A stretch of 64,000 nt of DNA from contig OZ253553.1 in assembly GCA_965262715.1 (NCBI GenBank), positions 2,400,001 through 2,464,000 of the forward strand. The letters run 5' to 3'. The stretch is from Bdellovibrionales bacterium. Lineage in GTDB: Bacteria > Bdellovibrionota > Bdellovibrionia > Bdellovibrionales > JAUICD01. Numbering within the stretch: the first letter of the stretch is position 1; every line of letters starts with the position of its first letter. Both the position numbers and the translations under genes were made by a program. Positions 10,447 to 20,778 of this stretch are shown in pieces. Below the pieces are notes generated by a model. It ran no database searches, was not told where the DNA came from, and saw only the letters and a program-made list of their open reading frames with translations.

Positions 10447-11925
10447 ATGATCAAAAAAATATCAGTTATTCTTATATTTGGAGGAATTTGTTTTGTCTTT
10501 GTCTTCATGGGAGATTATGGTTTTGGGCCAACTATATCAGGGAATCATGCCGCTAGAATCAATAATACCATTATTTCAAGGGTCGACCACAATATAGCTG
10601 TTAATAATACTGTTAATTACTACTCTCGCCTTTTTGGAGATCAATTACCTGTCACAGCTGAAATGCGTCGACGAATTGAAACTGACACTTTAGAAAGAAT
10701 GATCACTCAAGAAATTATTTCTCAAACAGCACAAAAAGAGCATTTACTTGTAGCACCAACTTTTTTAAGAGACACCATAGTTACTAACTTTAAAATGGGT
10801 GATAGATTTCGAAGATCTGATTATGAGGCCATTTTACGTGCACAAAGGCTTTCTCCTGGACAATTTGAAGATAAAATGCGTCGTGAATTGCAAACGGATT
10901 TAGCCCGTCAATTATTTCTAACCCATCTACATCCTACATCATTGGAAGTTCAAAAAAATTGGGAGATAAAAAATAGCAAACTTAATATCCAGTTTGTAAA
11001 AATAGATCAGGATAATTTTCCTTTAATCAAAAACATTTCTTCTTCTAATATAGACTCTTATACTCAAGAGAATATTAAAAAACTGGAAGAAACTTACAAT
11101 CAAAACAAAATATTTTACACTTCTGAATTAGAAGTAAAAGCACAACATATCCTCATTAAAAATCAAAATAGTGATAAACAGACAGAGAAGACCACAAATA
11201 CAACTCTTGTAGAAACACCTCTCGCCAAGATTCAAAACATAGCAATGAAAGCTAAAACAGAAGACTTTTCTAAGTTAGCATCAGAGTTTTCAGAAGACCC
11301 AGGGTCTAAAAATAATGGAGGTCATTTAGGTTATATGAAAAAAGGCCAAATGGTTCCTGAGTTCGAAGAAGCAGCCTTTAATTTAAAAATAGATCAAATC
11401 AGTGATCCTGTTAAGACCTCATTTGGGTATCATTTGATCAAAGTTTTAGATCGCAAAGAAGCTGAAACACAGCCTTTTGATCAAGTTAAAATTGAATTAG
11501 CTAAAAAAGCACTCACAGAAGAAAAAAAGGATGAAATTATCTCTGGTCTAAGGTCAGCTTTAGAAAAAAGTGATGAAAAGACATTAGAAGATAATTTAAA
11601 AAATCTTGATGTTCAATGGGAGGATACAGGCCTTTATTCTTTAGACAGCCAAGCAGTCCCTAAAATGGGAAGTTCTCCTCAGGTGACAAAAGCTGCAATG
11701 TCATTATTTCATTCACCCTCATCTCTTTACCCACAGATGGTTTCAGAAGGAAAAAGTCTTTATATTCTTCGTTTAAAAGAAAAGCAATTACCACCTCAAA
11801 CAGGCTTGGACCCAACAGCAATAACTTCTTCAAAAGAGGCCATCCAAAAAAAGTCAGCGCAGAATGCTTTTGATCAATGGGCTTCACATATTAGAAAAAG
11901 CACTTTAATAGAAATCTATCCCTAA
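10447..11925 (+). CDS. PpiD/SurA-type membrane-anchored parvulin PPIase chaperone
   Basis: N-terminal TM, SurA_N region, AQHILI...SEDPGS..GGHLG...FEEAAF...FGYHLIKV. Confidence 0.88.
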   Translation: MIKKISVILIFGGICFVFVFMGDYGFGPTISGNHAARINNTIISRVDHNIAVNNTVNYYSRLFGDQLPVTAEMRRRIETDTLERMITQEIISQTAQKEHLLVAPTFLRDTIVTNFKMGDRFRRSDYEAILRAQRLSPGQFEDKMRRELQTDLARQLFLTHLHPTSLEVQKNWEIKNSKLNIQFVKIDQDNFPLIKNISSSNIDSYTQENIKKLEETYNQNKIFYTSELEVKAQHILIKNQNSDKQTEKTTNTTLVETPLAKIQNIAMKAKTEDFSKLASEFSEDPGSKNNGGHLGYMKKGQMVPEFEEAAFNLKIDQISDPVKTSFGYHLIKVLDRKEAETQPFDQVKIELAKKALTEEKKDEIISGLRSALEKSDEKTLEDNLKNLDVQWEDTGLYSLDSQAVPKMGSSPQVTKAAMSLFHSPSSLYPQMVSEGKSLYILRLKEKQLPPQTGLDPTAITSSKEAIQKKSAQNAFDQWASHIRKSTLIEIYP

Positions 11926-12044
11926 AACTTATAAACTATAACTTATTAAGTCTTTTTATTCCATAATCCGAAAATCAGGCACCCTGGTAAATAGTTTTAA
12001 ATAACTGGGTTTTGAAGGTCCATTCCAGAGATAAAAGTGTGAAA

Positions 12045-12947
12045 TCAATGTAAGGCGGTAGCGCATTGACTTAGAGGTTCTTGGTAAATCGGGTGTATTC
12101 TGTGGTCAACTGGTAAAGTTGGTGACCTTTCTGCATTAACGAAGAATAAATCTTGTTCATGTATTAATAAATATCCTTGATATCGTCTGTTATAAAAAAC
12201 AGGTATATGTTCTTTTGTATCTAGCGATTCGAAAGCAGTTCTTTGCTCCTCAGAGGGTATAAACCTTTTAAAAATAGAAGGTGCGGCAAAAAAAACTAAG
12301 GGAGCTGTCATTTCATAGTCATATTCACGGATAATGTATACCTCATTTAAGTATCCTTTGAGAAAATCCATAGCGATAGCAACAAGAAGATATCTAGCTT
12401 CATTAGTCTGTATACCTTTAACATCAATAGCTACAGGTTTGTGTAGATCAAATTGACGAGCATGTGATAAGTATTCTTCCAATGTGGGAACAGATTGATC
12501 TGGAAAATCCAAAAGATGAAATCTTTTAAGTTCTTCTAAAGTTAAACCTTGAACTTGAAATTCTTTATACCTTTGTTCGTAGCCTGTCCTTTCTATAAAT
12601 TGAGTATTTGATAGTAGACTCTTATAGGTTTTGTTATTTTCTTTTCTATTGGGGATCATTCTTCTTAGATATCTGTCATGAAAAACAACCAGGTGACCAT
12701 CTAATGTTTCTTGTACATCAAGTTCTAAGTATTTAAATTTTTTATGGTATTGAATAGTTCTGCCATAAGGCCCTCCTCTTAAAGCATGTTCTAAGATAAT
12801 CAAGGAGTTTTCAGGAAGATGCTCAAAATGGCTTTTGCCACCACGATGCCCTAAATTGTTCCTGTACGAATGTTGTTGAGCGTAAGAATCTATCGCCAGA
12901 TGGACCAATAGAAACACAGAGATGAATACTTTAAATATATACCACAT
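12045..12947 (-). CDS. Secreted glycerophosphodiester phosphodiesterase family protein
   Basis: Signal peptide; GHRGG, PENS, ELDVQETLDGHLVVFHD, VPTLEE. Confidence 0.85.
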   Translation of the reverse strand: MWYIFKVFISVFLLVHLAIDSYAQQHSYRNNLGHRGGKSHFEHLPENSLIILEHALRGGPYGRTIQYHKKFKYLELDVQETLDGHLVVFHDRYLRRMIPNRKENNKTYKSLLSNTQFIERTGYEQRYKEFQVQGLTLEELKRFHLLDFPDQSVPTLEEYLSHARQFDLHKPVAIDVKGIQTNEARYLLVAIAMDFLKGYLNEVYIIREYDYEMTAPLVFFAAPSIFKRFIPSEEQRTAFESLDTKEHIPVFYNRRYQGYLLIHEQDLFFVNAERSPTLPVDHRIHPIYQEPLSQCATALH

Positions 12948-13095
12948 ATTTTTCTTTTCACATTGTTATTGGCACTTTTAAATAATAACTTACATACCTT
13001 TTCGTCAATGGAAATTTGTCATTACTATGCAAGAAGTCACCAAAAGTTGCGTAAGGTCAGTGCTTAATTGATAAATAATGATAAGTAAAAATAGC

Positions 13096-14376
13096 TTATG
13101 AAAAGGCGTTGCTTCCCCAATACTCCTCTTTATCTCCTAGATACTCTTCAATCCTTAAAAGCTGGTTGTATTTAGCAACTCTCTCACTACGACATACACT
13201 TCCTGTTTTGATTTGCTGACAAGATAGTCCCACAGCTAAATCTGCAATACTGCAGTCTTCTGTTTCACCGCTCCTATGAGACATAATAGTTTTGTATCCG
13301 TGAGATTTGGCTAATTGAATAGTTTGCATTGTTTCTGTCACAGTCCCTATTTGATTGAGCTTGATCAAAATAGCATTAGCAGCTTTTTTTTCAATTCCTG
13401 TTTTTAATCTCTCTTGGTGGGTGACGAATAAATCATCTCCTATTAATTGCAAATCATTGTTTGTTTTTTTTGTGAATTGAATCCAAGAAGTCCAATCATT
13501 TTCTGAAAAGGCATCTTCTATACTGATTAAAGGAAACCTCTTCTTCCAAGATGTATAAATAGACATTAAGTCAGAAGCTGTTATTTTTCTTCCTTCCCAT
13601 AAATATTGACTTTCAGTGCCTTCTTTTTCCACAATAAGTTCTGTAGCAGCTACATCTAAAGCTAAAAAAATATCTTCTCCTAATTTGTATTTTGCCTTTT
13701 CAACAGCAAGGCTTATTAATTCTAAAGCTTGCTCATTGTTTTTAAGTAAAGGGGCAAAGCCTCCTTCATCGCCAACAGCTGTGGATAATTTTTTTTCACA
13801 AAGAAGCTTTTTTAAGGAATGAAAGATTTCACTACCTGCCATTAAAGAAGTAGAAAAAGAATCTTTAATAGGCACAATCATAAATTCCTGTACATCAAGC
13901 CCATTATTGGCATGCACTCCACCATTTAAAATATTAATAAGTGGTACAGGTAATTTATAGCCCAAACTATCTCCTACATGCTTAAAAAGGTTTTGATGAG
14001 CCTCTTTTGCTGCCGTTTTAAGACAGGCTAATGACACAGCTAGTAGAGCATTAGTTCCTAATTTTGATTTATTGGGTGTGCCATCAAGTTGAAGGAGTGT
14101 GTGGTCTATTTGAGCTTGATTTTTGATATCCATACCTATTAAGACAGGAGCAATAACTTGATAAATACCATTTATTGCTTTTTGAACTCCTTTTCCATTA
14201 TACCTTTTTGGGTCCTGATCTCTTAACTCTAGAGCTTCAAAAGAACCTTTTGAAGCTCCCGAAGGAACAGATGCCCTCCCTAAATAATTGTTTTTAGTCA
14301 TCACATCTACTTCAATTGTAGGAACACCTCGACTATCTAAAATTTCTCTTGCGATGATCTTTTGAATAGATGACAT
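13096..14376 (-). CDS. eno: Enolase
   Basis: REILDSRG, VPSGAS, GDEGGFAP, GDDLFVT, SHRSGETED. Confidence 0.98.
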   Translation of the reverse strand: MSSIQKIIAREILDSRGVPTIEVDVMTKNNYLGRASVPSGASKGSFEALELRDQDPKRYNGKGVQKAINGIYQVIAPVLIGMDIKNQAQIDHTLLQLDGTPNKSKLGTNALLAVSLACLKTAAKEAHQNLFKHVGDSLGYKLPVPLINILNGGVHANNGLDVQEFMIVPIKDSFSTSLMAGSEIFHSLKKLLCEKKLSTAVGDEGGFAPLLKNNEQALELISLAVEKAKYKLGEDIFLALDVAATELIVEKEGTESQYLWEGRKITASDLMSIYTSWKKRFPLISIEDAFSENDWTSWIQFTKKTNNDLQLIGDDLFVTHQERLKTGIEKKAANAILIKLNQIGTVTETMQTIQLAKSHGYKTIMSHRSGETEDCSIADLAVGLSCQQIKTGSVCRSERVAKYNQLLRIEEYLGDKEEYWGSNAFS

Positions 14377-15927
14377 TTAAACTCCTATAGGCAAATGAAC
14401 CAAAAATATGAGCTCTTTATTAAAGTAGTCTTGAATTGATATTTTTCCATTGTGCATACGAATAAGCCAGTGAGCAATACTCAAGTGAATGTCTCTATGT
14501 TCTTGGTAACGCTTATCATATTCTTTACTTGATATTTCAATTTCTATTGTTTGATGTTTTAGATGAGTTGATATTTTAATGAATCCTTTGTCATTAAAGG
14601 TAGAAATAGAAGCTCTTATCAAATGCATGAAGGCATGCTTAAGATGTCGATGAAAGGCCTTAACTCTTCGAATTTTTGTAAAATGATAATCAACCTTTAT
14701 ATGATTTTTATGCCCAATAATATCTTCAACTGCTGTAGTTAATAAAACATTTAAGTCGACTTTGGTTTTTTGAGATTCTTTAATTAAGAGACTATCTAGA
14801 GTTTCACTGATCTTTAAAAGATCTTGTACAGATTCTTCCACAGTAGATGAAAACTCTTGAGTGACAAAATCCCAATTCATACGCTTCATAGAATTCTTGA
14901 CATAGGATCGATGTTTCTCTTGACTAACAAGAACAGTCAATATTTGTCTTGCTCTTACAAAATAATCTTTAAGTTTTTGTGTGTTATTAATGGATTTTAA
15001 AATGTAAGGGTTGATGTTATCAGCTAATTGATTTGTGAGTTTTTCCCAGGTGTCCAGTTGCTCTAAGTTATTTTTTTGACCCTTAGTGTAAAGATCATTT
15101 TGAGATAAGTGAAGCTGCTTTGGTGTATTCTGGATTTCCTGTATAGAACTTTCTTGTTTCGTGAAGATTTTTTGGTTTGTTGTTAAGGACTCTAAATGAT
15201 GGTCTTTGAGGTTTTGATCAAGTTTTCTTTTGTTTTCTGGAAAAAATGATGTTTGATGGTCTTTCCATGTAACGTGAATGCGATGGTCTTTCCAAGAAAC
15301 ATCAGCTAAGTTGTAATTAAGATAAGTAGGCAGAGCTTCCAAAATAGCTATGAAATACGAAACAAAATGTGGGTAGTTATTTGTGTTAAAGTCTAAATGA
15401 AAATTCAAGTTAAAGGAGAATTGATTTGATGTGGTTATTTGGAGTTGGGTGACAGATGGAGTTGGTGAAATAAAATAAGATAAGAAATTCATAGGTTCTA
15501 CATAAAATTGCTTAGGATGTTTTATCATCTTCAGAACGCTATCAAGAACTCCCCATGACTCCAACTTAGCACATTCATGACCAACGCATTGAATAAAAGA
15601 GCGATCTGATTTTTGAGCTGATATTTCTTTGAATAGAGATTCTGATTGAGCCAGAAAGAACTCAATATTTTTAGCTGGTTGCCATGAAGATGGGTCCTTT
15701 AAAAACTCTTCTGGTGTATTGATAACAGAATACAAACTTTCAGAATCCAAACCATTAGATTCTAAAAACCTTAAAACAGAATGAGTGACTTTACTGCTAA
15801 ATAGCATATTCATTTCTCTCTTTAAAATGAATTTCTTAATACAAGTTTTTGAAAGATATTTCAATCTTTCTTTTGTGTTAAGTAATAAAAACCCTGTCAG
15901 AAATACATAATTGGCCTCATAAACCAT
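14377..15927 (-). CDS. Degenerate histidine-kinase-like protein (likely true start 15813)
   Basis: C-terminal HATPase-like remnant (DLNVLL, IEIS, LSIAHWLIRMHNGKISI) without recognisable H/N/G boxes. Confidence 0.55.
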   Translation of the reverse strand: MVYEANYVFLTGFLLLNTKERLKYLSKTCIKKFILKREMNMLFSSKVTHSVLRFLESNGLDSESLYSVINTPEEFLKDPSSWQPAKNIEFFLAQSESLFKEISAQKSDRSFIQCVGHECAKLESWGVLDSVLKMIKHPKQFYVEPMNFLSYFISPTPSVTQLQITTSNQFSFNLNFHLDFNTNNYPHFVSYFIAILEALPTYLNYNLADVSWKDHRIHVTWKDHQTSFFPENKRKLDQNLKDHHLESLTTNQKIFTKQESSIQEIQNTPKQLHLSQNDLYTKGQKNNLEQLDTWEKLTNQLADNINPYILKSINNTQKLKDYFVRARQILTVLVSQEKHRSYVKNSMKRMNWDFVTQEFSSTVEESVQDLLKISETLDSLLIKESQKTKVDLNVLLTTAVEDIIGHKNHIKVDYHFTKIRRVKAFHRHLKHAFMHLIRASISTFNDKGFIKISTHLKHQTIEIEISSKEYDKRYQEHRDIHLSIAHWLIRMHNGKISIQDYFNKELIFLVHLPIGV

Positions 15928-16133
15928 GTAAATTTTTCAAAACAGGAAGAATTTTTAGAAATCTTTAAAAAAGTCTGCTAATATAACTTTTTATACATCT
16001 TTAGCACTTTATTGTTTGATATTTATGTTGTATATGTAACTGATTATATGTAGGCAATAATTATAAACAGTAATACAAAATAAAATAATTTAAATTAAAA
16101 ATCTATAATTAAAACCAATAAAATAAAGGTTCA

Positions 16134-18044
16134 TTGATCAAAATGTATTTTGTTTTTCAGAAAACCACTAAATTTATGATTCATAAGCTTCTTAAAAGAA
16201 TTAAAGAGACTATCTTTAACATCAAATGTCTTAAAATAAAAATAAACCAACAAATGACAACCTTTATTTTAAAATTAAAATCATTTAGCCTATTTAGTAA
16301 AACTCATTTTCAACCTCAATTTAAAGTATTCTGCATTCGTTTTGTTTTCTTATTTTTATTTATAGTACCTGCATTTTATTTCCATTTTTCACCTGATACA
16401 AAAAAATTAGAATCTAAAAACTATTGGAATGAAACAAAGCTTAATTTTTCAACTTTACACTCTATTATTAATAAAGAGACTTGTTATGCTCAGCTCAATA
16501 ATTTTTTAGGTTGTATGCAAACTCTTTCTGCACTTATAACAAATGTATCTGATAAAAACATTGATTTGGTATTTACAAATGATCAAATTAAAAAAGGTAT
16601 CAATTTTCTTTCAGACATAAAAGTCAAACCCTCTTCTAGAAAAAGTTTTCAAGACATCTCAGAAGTTTTGAAAGACCTCAAAGTGTCTATGGCAAAAAAG
16701 ATTCAAATATGGAAGACACTTTATTACCAGACACGAGAAAATCAAATCCGCTTTTACCATATTTTAAGAGAGATTTTACTAGCAGTAATTACCTCTAACG
16801 AATCTTCACCTCGAAGCTCATTAGGCAATGAAACATTTATAAAAAAATCAAGAAACTTTTATCATAAGAGACTTATTGCACAATCTATTAATAGTTATTT
16901 ATCTGTGACACATTCCCCTCATGATCATCTTATCCCTTTAGAGTTAATGAAAGATCGAAGTAACGCTAGTGATGGAGAATATAGCGGAGTAGGCTTAATC
17001 TTATTTCAAATACAACAACATTTAATTGTTAAACGTGTTTTAGAAAATAGCCCTGCATTTCAAGCTGGGTTAAAATCTGGAGACATTATTTCTAAGGTAC
17101 AAGGACAAAATGTTTCTCGGATGAGTTTATCCGATTCCTCTAATGCCATAGGAAGAGTTAATAGCAAAACAGTCCATTTAGAAATTTTAAGAGAAGGTGT
17201 ACTTAGACATTTCACTTTGAACAAGGAAATCATTAGGACTGACAATGTCAGAACAGAGTATATTAAGGATGGTAACAAAAAGTGGGGACTTATCAAGCTT
17301 TCTAGTTTTTATAAGTTAAATACATGCGCTCAAATGGAAAAGGCCATTTACAAATTTCAAAAAGACCCTCAGATTTCAGGTTTAGTGATTGATCTAAGAA
17401 ATAACCCAGGAGGGCTAGTGGATGAAGCTCTTTGTACAGCAGACCTCTTTTTACCTAAAGATCAGTTTATGTTAGAAATACGACCTTTTAACCCATCACA
17501 ATCTTCTCAGTTCAGTTTTTCTCGTATGCCACAGGTTACAGATCTCCCTCTTGTCATATTGGTCAATGCTGGTTCTGCTAGCTCTGCAGAGATTGTAGCT
17601 GGTATTTTAAGGGATCATAATCGTGGAGTACTCATCGGACAGCGCACCTTTGGAAAAGGAACAATTTTATATGGAACGAGCTTCCAGTATCCTAACTATC
17701 CCAAACTCATCTACTATCAAACATCTGCAAAATTTTATTTTCCTTCTAGAAGAACAAATCATATTTTAGGTATTATACCTGACCATATTGTTAGATTTCA
17801 AAATAGTTCTCTTGTTCCTTTTAGAGAAGAGGATCTTTTTGCATATCAATTACCATCTTTTCAAGTATCTCTAAAAAATCAGAAAGCACTACTTCCTTTA
17901 CACTCTCATAAAAGTGCTTTTCAGAGTTATCAAAACTGTTTAGAAGACCTTAAAACATCTCAAGATCAAGAGGCAAAAACATTGGCTAAAACTATATTAA
18001 GGTGCGTCATATCTCAGGACAATTCATTGGCTGAATCTACATAA
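16134..18044 (+). CDS. S41 family carboxy-terminal processing protease with PDZ domain (start uncertain)
   Basis: GVGL/SPA..AGLKSGDII PDZ; IDLRNNPGG, SASSAE, RTFGKG. Confidence 0.92.
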   Translation: MIKMYFVFQKTTKFMIHKLLKRIKETIFNIKCLKIKINQQMTTFILKLKSFSLFSKTHFQPQFKVFCIRFVFLFLFIVPAFYFHFSPDTKKLESKNYWNETKLNFSTLHSIINKETCYAQLNNFLGCMQTLSALITNVSDKNIDLVFTNDQIKKGINFLSDIKVKPSSRKSFQDISEVLKDLKVSMAKKIQIWKTLYYQTRENQIRFYHILREILLAVITSNESSPRSSLGNETFIKKSRNFYHKRLIAQSINSYLSVTHSPHDHLIPLELMKDRSNASDGEYSGVGLILFQIQQHLIVKRVLENSPAFQAGLKSGDIISKVQGQNVSRMSLSDSSNAIGRVNSKTVHLEILREGVLRHFTLNKEIIRTDNVRTEYIKDGNKKWGLIKLSSFYKLNTCAQMEKAIYKFQKDPQISGLVIDLRNNPGGLVDEALCTADLFLPKDQFMLEIRPFNPSQSSQFSFSRMPQVTDLPLVILVNAGSASSAEIVAGILRDHNRGVLIGQRTFGKGTILYGTSFQYPNYPKLIYYQTSAKFYFPSRRTNHILGIIPDHIVRFQNSSLVPFREEDLFAYQLPSFQVSLKNQKALLPLHSHKSAFQSYQNCLEDLKTSQDQEAKTLAKTILRCVISQDNSLAEST

Positions 18045-18045
18045 G

Positions 18046-18684
18046 CTAACCACCAATGAATGTAAAGAGTCCCCATAAAAGTATAGAAGTAACTACAGGA
18101 ATGATAAAGTTATCATCTAGGTCAATGGGAATAACTTCAGCAAAGGCCCCTATAAGACCTGACAGCACACTTACTAAAAGTAATTTGCTTGTCATAATAT
18201 CCATAAGCTTGAAGTAAATAACAGAGACAATAGTACAAGCAATAAAACCAGCTATGCTTCCTTGAAAGCTCTTAGAACCTATAAGCTTATCTTTGCCATA
18301 TTTGATACCAATAATATTACAGATAGGATCACCTATAGCTAACATTAGAAGAGAGAGGTTAACAACTTCAACGGGAAAAAGAACCATAATAATAAAACTA
18401 CCAAGTAAGAGCCAGGACATAGATGAAAGGTTATGCAGTTCCTGCCGTCGCATAAATTGGCCAAAAACAAGAAGAACAAAATTTTGAAGAAAGAGTAACC
18501 TCTTACGTAATAAGTCACCAAGAATGAACACTACAATGATAATGGCTAAACTAATTAGAAACTCTTTTCTAGGGCTAATATGATAACAAAGTAGAATAAA
18601 GCCAACACCAAAGACATGTAGCAGCTTTCTGGCAATATGTATCTCATTGCGATCTTTTAAGAAGAGATTGTTAGTCTTTGTTAT
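18046..18684 (-). CDS. Polyprenol/phytol/diacylglycerol kinase family (CTP_transf_1-like) membrane protein; probable ATA start
   Basis: IGDP..IIG..YG, KSFQGS, DDN motifs; frame stays open 51 codons upstream of the track start and includes ARKLLH. Confidence 0.75.
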   Translation of the reverse strand: MTKTNNLFLKDRNEIHIARKLLHVFGVGFILLCYHISPRKEFLISLAIIIVVFILGDLLRKRLLFLQNFVLLVFGQFMRRQELHNLSSMSWLLLGSFIIMVLFPVEVVNLSLLMLAIGDPICNIIGIKYGKDKLIGSKSFQGSIAGFIACTIVSVIYFKLMDIMTSKLLLVSVLSGLIGAFAEVIPIDLDDNFIIPVVTSILLWGLFTFIGG

Positions 18685-18835
18685 TATCTTCTCCTTTATC
18701 CTCTCCTGTCACTCCTTTTTTAAAACCTCTAATAGCTTGTCCTAGTGAACGACCTATTCCAGGAATTCTTTTTGGTCCAAAGATCACAAGGACAACAGCA
18801 AGCACAATGAGGATTTGAGATAAACTTGGGCTCAT
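18671..18835 (-). CDS. tatA: Twin-arginine translocase TatA (54 aa, absent from the ORF track)
   Basis: Translated by hand: MSPSLSQILIVLAVVLVIFGPKRIPGIGRSLGQAIRGFKKG...; GGAGGAG SD. Confidence 0.93.
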   Translation of the reverse strand: MSPSLSQILIVLAVVLVIFGPKRIPGIGRSLGQAIRGFKKGVTGEDKGEDNNKD

Positions 18836-19104
18836 TATTTAACTCCTCCATTTTTATTTATTGTATTGATTCTAAATAATAATTTATAGTACAACTCAAT
18901 CAATAGTTCATATAACGCATTTCTTTTAATGTGGCATCTTTTAAGGTAAAAAACAAACAAAACTTTCATTACATTCAAATTGTTGCAGTTTTTTTTGAGT
19001 CAATATTGACACATTGAAGCAACTTTTCTTAAGCCCAAAGGACACATGCCTCGTTTTTATAAAAGCAAAAATAGTTATTATTGAGAGCTTTAATGAATTC
19101 TTAT

Positions 19105-20472
19105 TTAACTTTTCATGTATTTAAAATACACTCCAGCACCTTTTCCATAACGCTTAAACAGCTTTTTTTTAATAAGAGCATTCATTTTACGAGTTGCTGT
19201 ATTGCGAGATATACCAATATTTTCAATAATATTCTTTATTCTTATTTCACCTAGCTTTTCTCCTAATTGAATAATTCCCTCTTCATCCGATATATCTGAT
19301 GAACTATTTATATCTATCTCTTTAAAGTGAAAAGTAAGCTTTACAAAATCTCCACTTGCATCAAATTCAGGCTTTTTTAAATGTTGTCTCTTGCAAGAAT
19401 CAAAAATAAGTCTAATCCCAGAACCTAATGTTTCTACTAACCTGTATTTACGGGCAAGCCTAGCCAAATTCGGGTTTCTAAGATATGTTGTTCCATCGCC
19501 TAGGTTTTCAATGGAAATTAACCCTGGGAGCCCGCCTGGACTGAAGATTTCTAATCTATTCTCATATAAACTAATTTTTACAGGAGCATTACTAAAATAT
19601 ACACGGTGAATTAAAGCATTGATAACTCCTTCTCTTAGTGCAACTTTAGGGATCAACAAACGACCCTTTAACCTTCCAGAGTCAGAAACTTTTAGCCCAG
19701 CCTCTAACCATAATTCTAACAACTTAAGCGTTGATTCAACAAGAGTTGGAATAGGCCCTATAAGCTTGGTTGATTTAATAATGTTTCTACCTTTTTTACC
19801 TTTAAAATGCGAACAGATAACAATAGATTCAGGAATATGTGTATCAGGGCGATCTGAAAAAAAAAGAACACCTGCATTTGTGGCGAAAAAAATTTTAGGA
19901 TTCCTTACACCTCTTACAGCAACTTTATCCATGATGTAAGTTCTTTCACTTGTTCTTTTGCTATAAATTTCTCTTAGTAGCTTGCTATTTAAATTTGAAA
20001 AAACAATATCTGAAGATTCTTCATCAAAATAAGTATTTTCTTGTTGTCGGTACAAATCTTTGATATATTCTTTATCAGCTTGTCTTGTTGTTGAACCAAC
20101 TCTTAGGTAAACACCTTTATAAGACTTATGCCTCTCATTTTTAACACAATATGGAGGTCTATTCCCAGGATAAATTTGAACAAGAACAATGGTCTTATTG
20201 TTGATATTACGCTCATAGATCTCTGGAATTAAATAGGGTTCAATAGAATCTTTAATAGAACTTGCCACTTCATCAAAAATCTTATCCCTTATTTCAATAG
20301 AAACACCTATGATATTTTTTGTCTTATCCTTAATTCCAATAATAATTTTACCTCCTGCCCCATTTGCAAAAGCAACACAGGTTCTGATAATTTGATCTTT
20401 TTTAGGGATATTTTCTTTAAATTCTAAGGTTTTTGACTCACCTTTAATATCACCATTTCCGTATTTTAACAT
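19105..20472 (-). CDS. AlbA_2 (Schlafen-like) domain + HATPase_c_4 + C-terminal HTH protein
   Basis: ESKTLEFKE, AFANGAGG.IIIG, ALREGVINALIHR, RNP.LA, GSGI, ISRNTATR HTH. Confidence 0.88.
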   Translation of the reverse strand: MLKYGNGDIKGESKTLEFKENIPKKDQIIRTCVAFANGAGGKIIIGIKDKTKNIIGVSIEIRDKIFDEVASSIKDSIEPYLIPEIYERNINNKTIVLVQIYPGNRPPYCVKNERHKSYKGVYLRVGSTTRQADKEYIKDLYRQQENTYFDEESSDIVFSNLNSKLLREIYSKRTSERTYIMDKVAVRGVRNPKIFFATNAGVLFFSDRPDTHIPESIVICSHFKGKKGRNIIKSTKLIGPIPTLVESTLKLLELWLEAGLKVSDSGRLKGRLLIPKVALREGVINALIHRVYFSNAPVKISLYENRLEIFSPGGLPGLISIENLGDGTTYLRNPNLARLARKYRLVETLGSGIRLIFDSCKRQHLKKPEFDASGDFVKLTFHFKEIDINSSSDISDEEGIIQLGEKLGEIRIKNIIENIGISRNTATRKMNALIKKKLFKRYGKGAGVYFKYMKS

Positions 20473-20510
20473 AAAACATCTTTCCTTTTGTATTATTTAC
20501 CTATATTTAT

Positions 20511-20618
20511 ATATAAGATTGCACCAATTGCACCATCTTCATATAAGATTGCACCAATTGCACCATCTTCATATAAGATTGCACCAATTGCACTATCTTC
20601 ATATAAGATTGCACTAAT
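20511..20618. repeat. 30-bp tandem repeat (~3.6 copies) ATATAAGATTGCACCAATTGCACCATCTTC
   Basis: Read directly; units start at 20511, 20541, 20571, 20601. Confidence 0.95.
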
Positions 20619-20778
20619 GGTTTATCTTATTATGACAACGATTATATTAAAATACAAGAAGTCTGGCAACTATCTCAATTGAACTTGTATAGCAAATATT
20701 TATTAAAAAAGGTTTAACTTAGGTAAATCAGTAAACAACAACAAACCTCTTAAAATTATAAAAGTTGCGTAAGATGAG

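Noticed and set aside
11965..11977. 13-bp match AATCCGAAAATCA with 31003-31015 (inverted)
   Set aside because: Too short, flanks do not align, expected by chance
20488..20682. 64-aa ORF with YKIAPIAPSS repeats, or a mini-CRISPR
   Set aside because: Product of the 30-bp tandem repeat; no unique spacers and no clear SD
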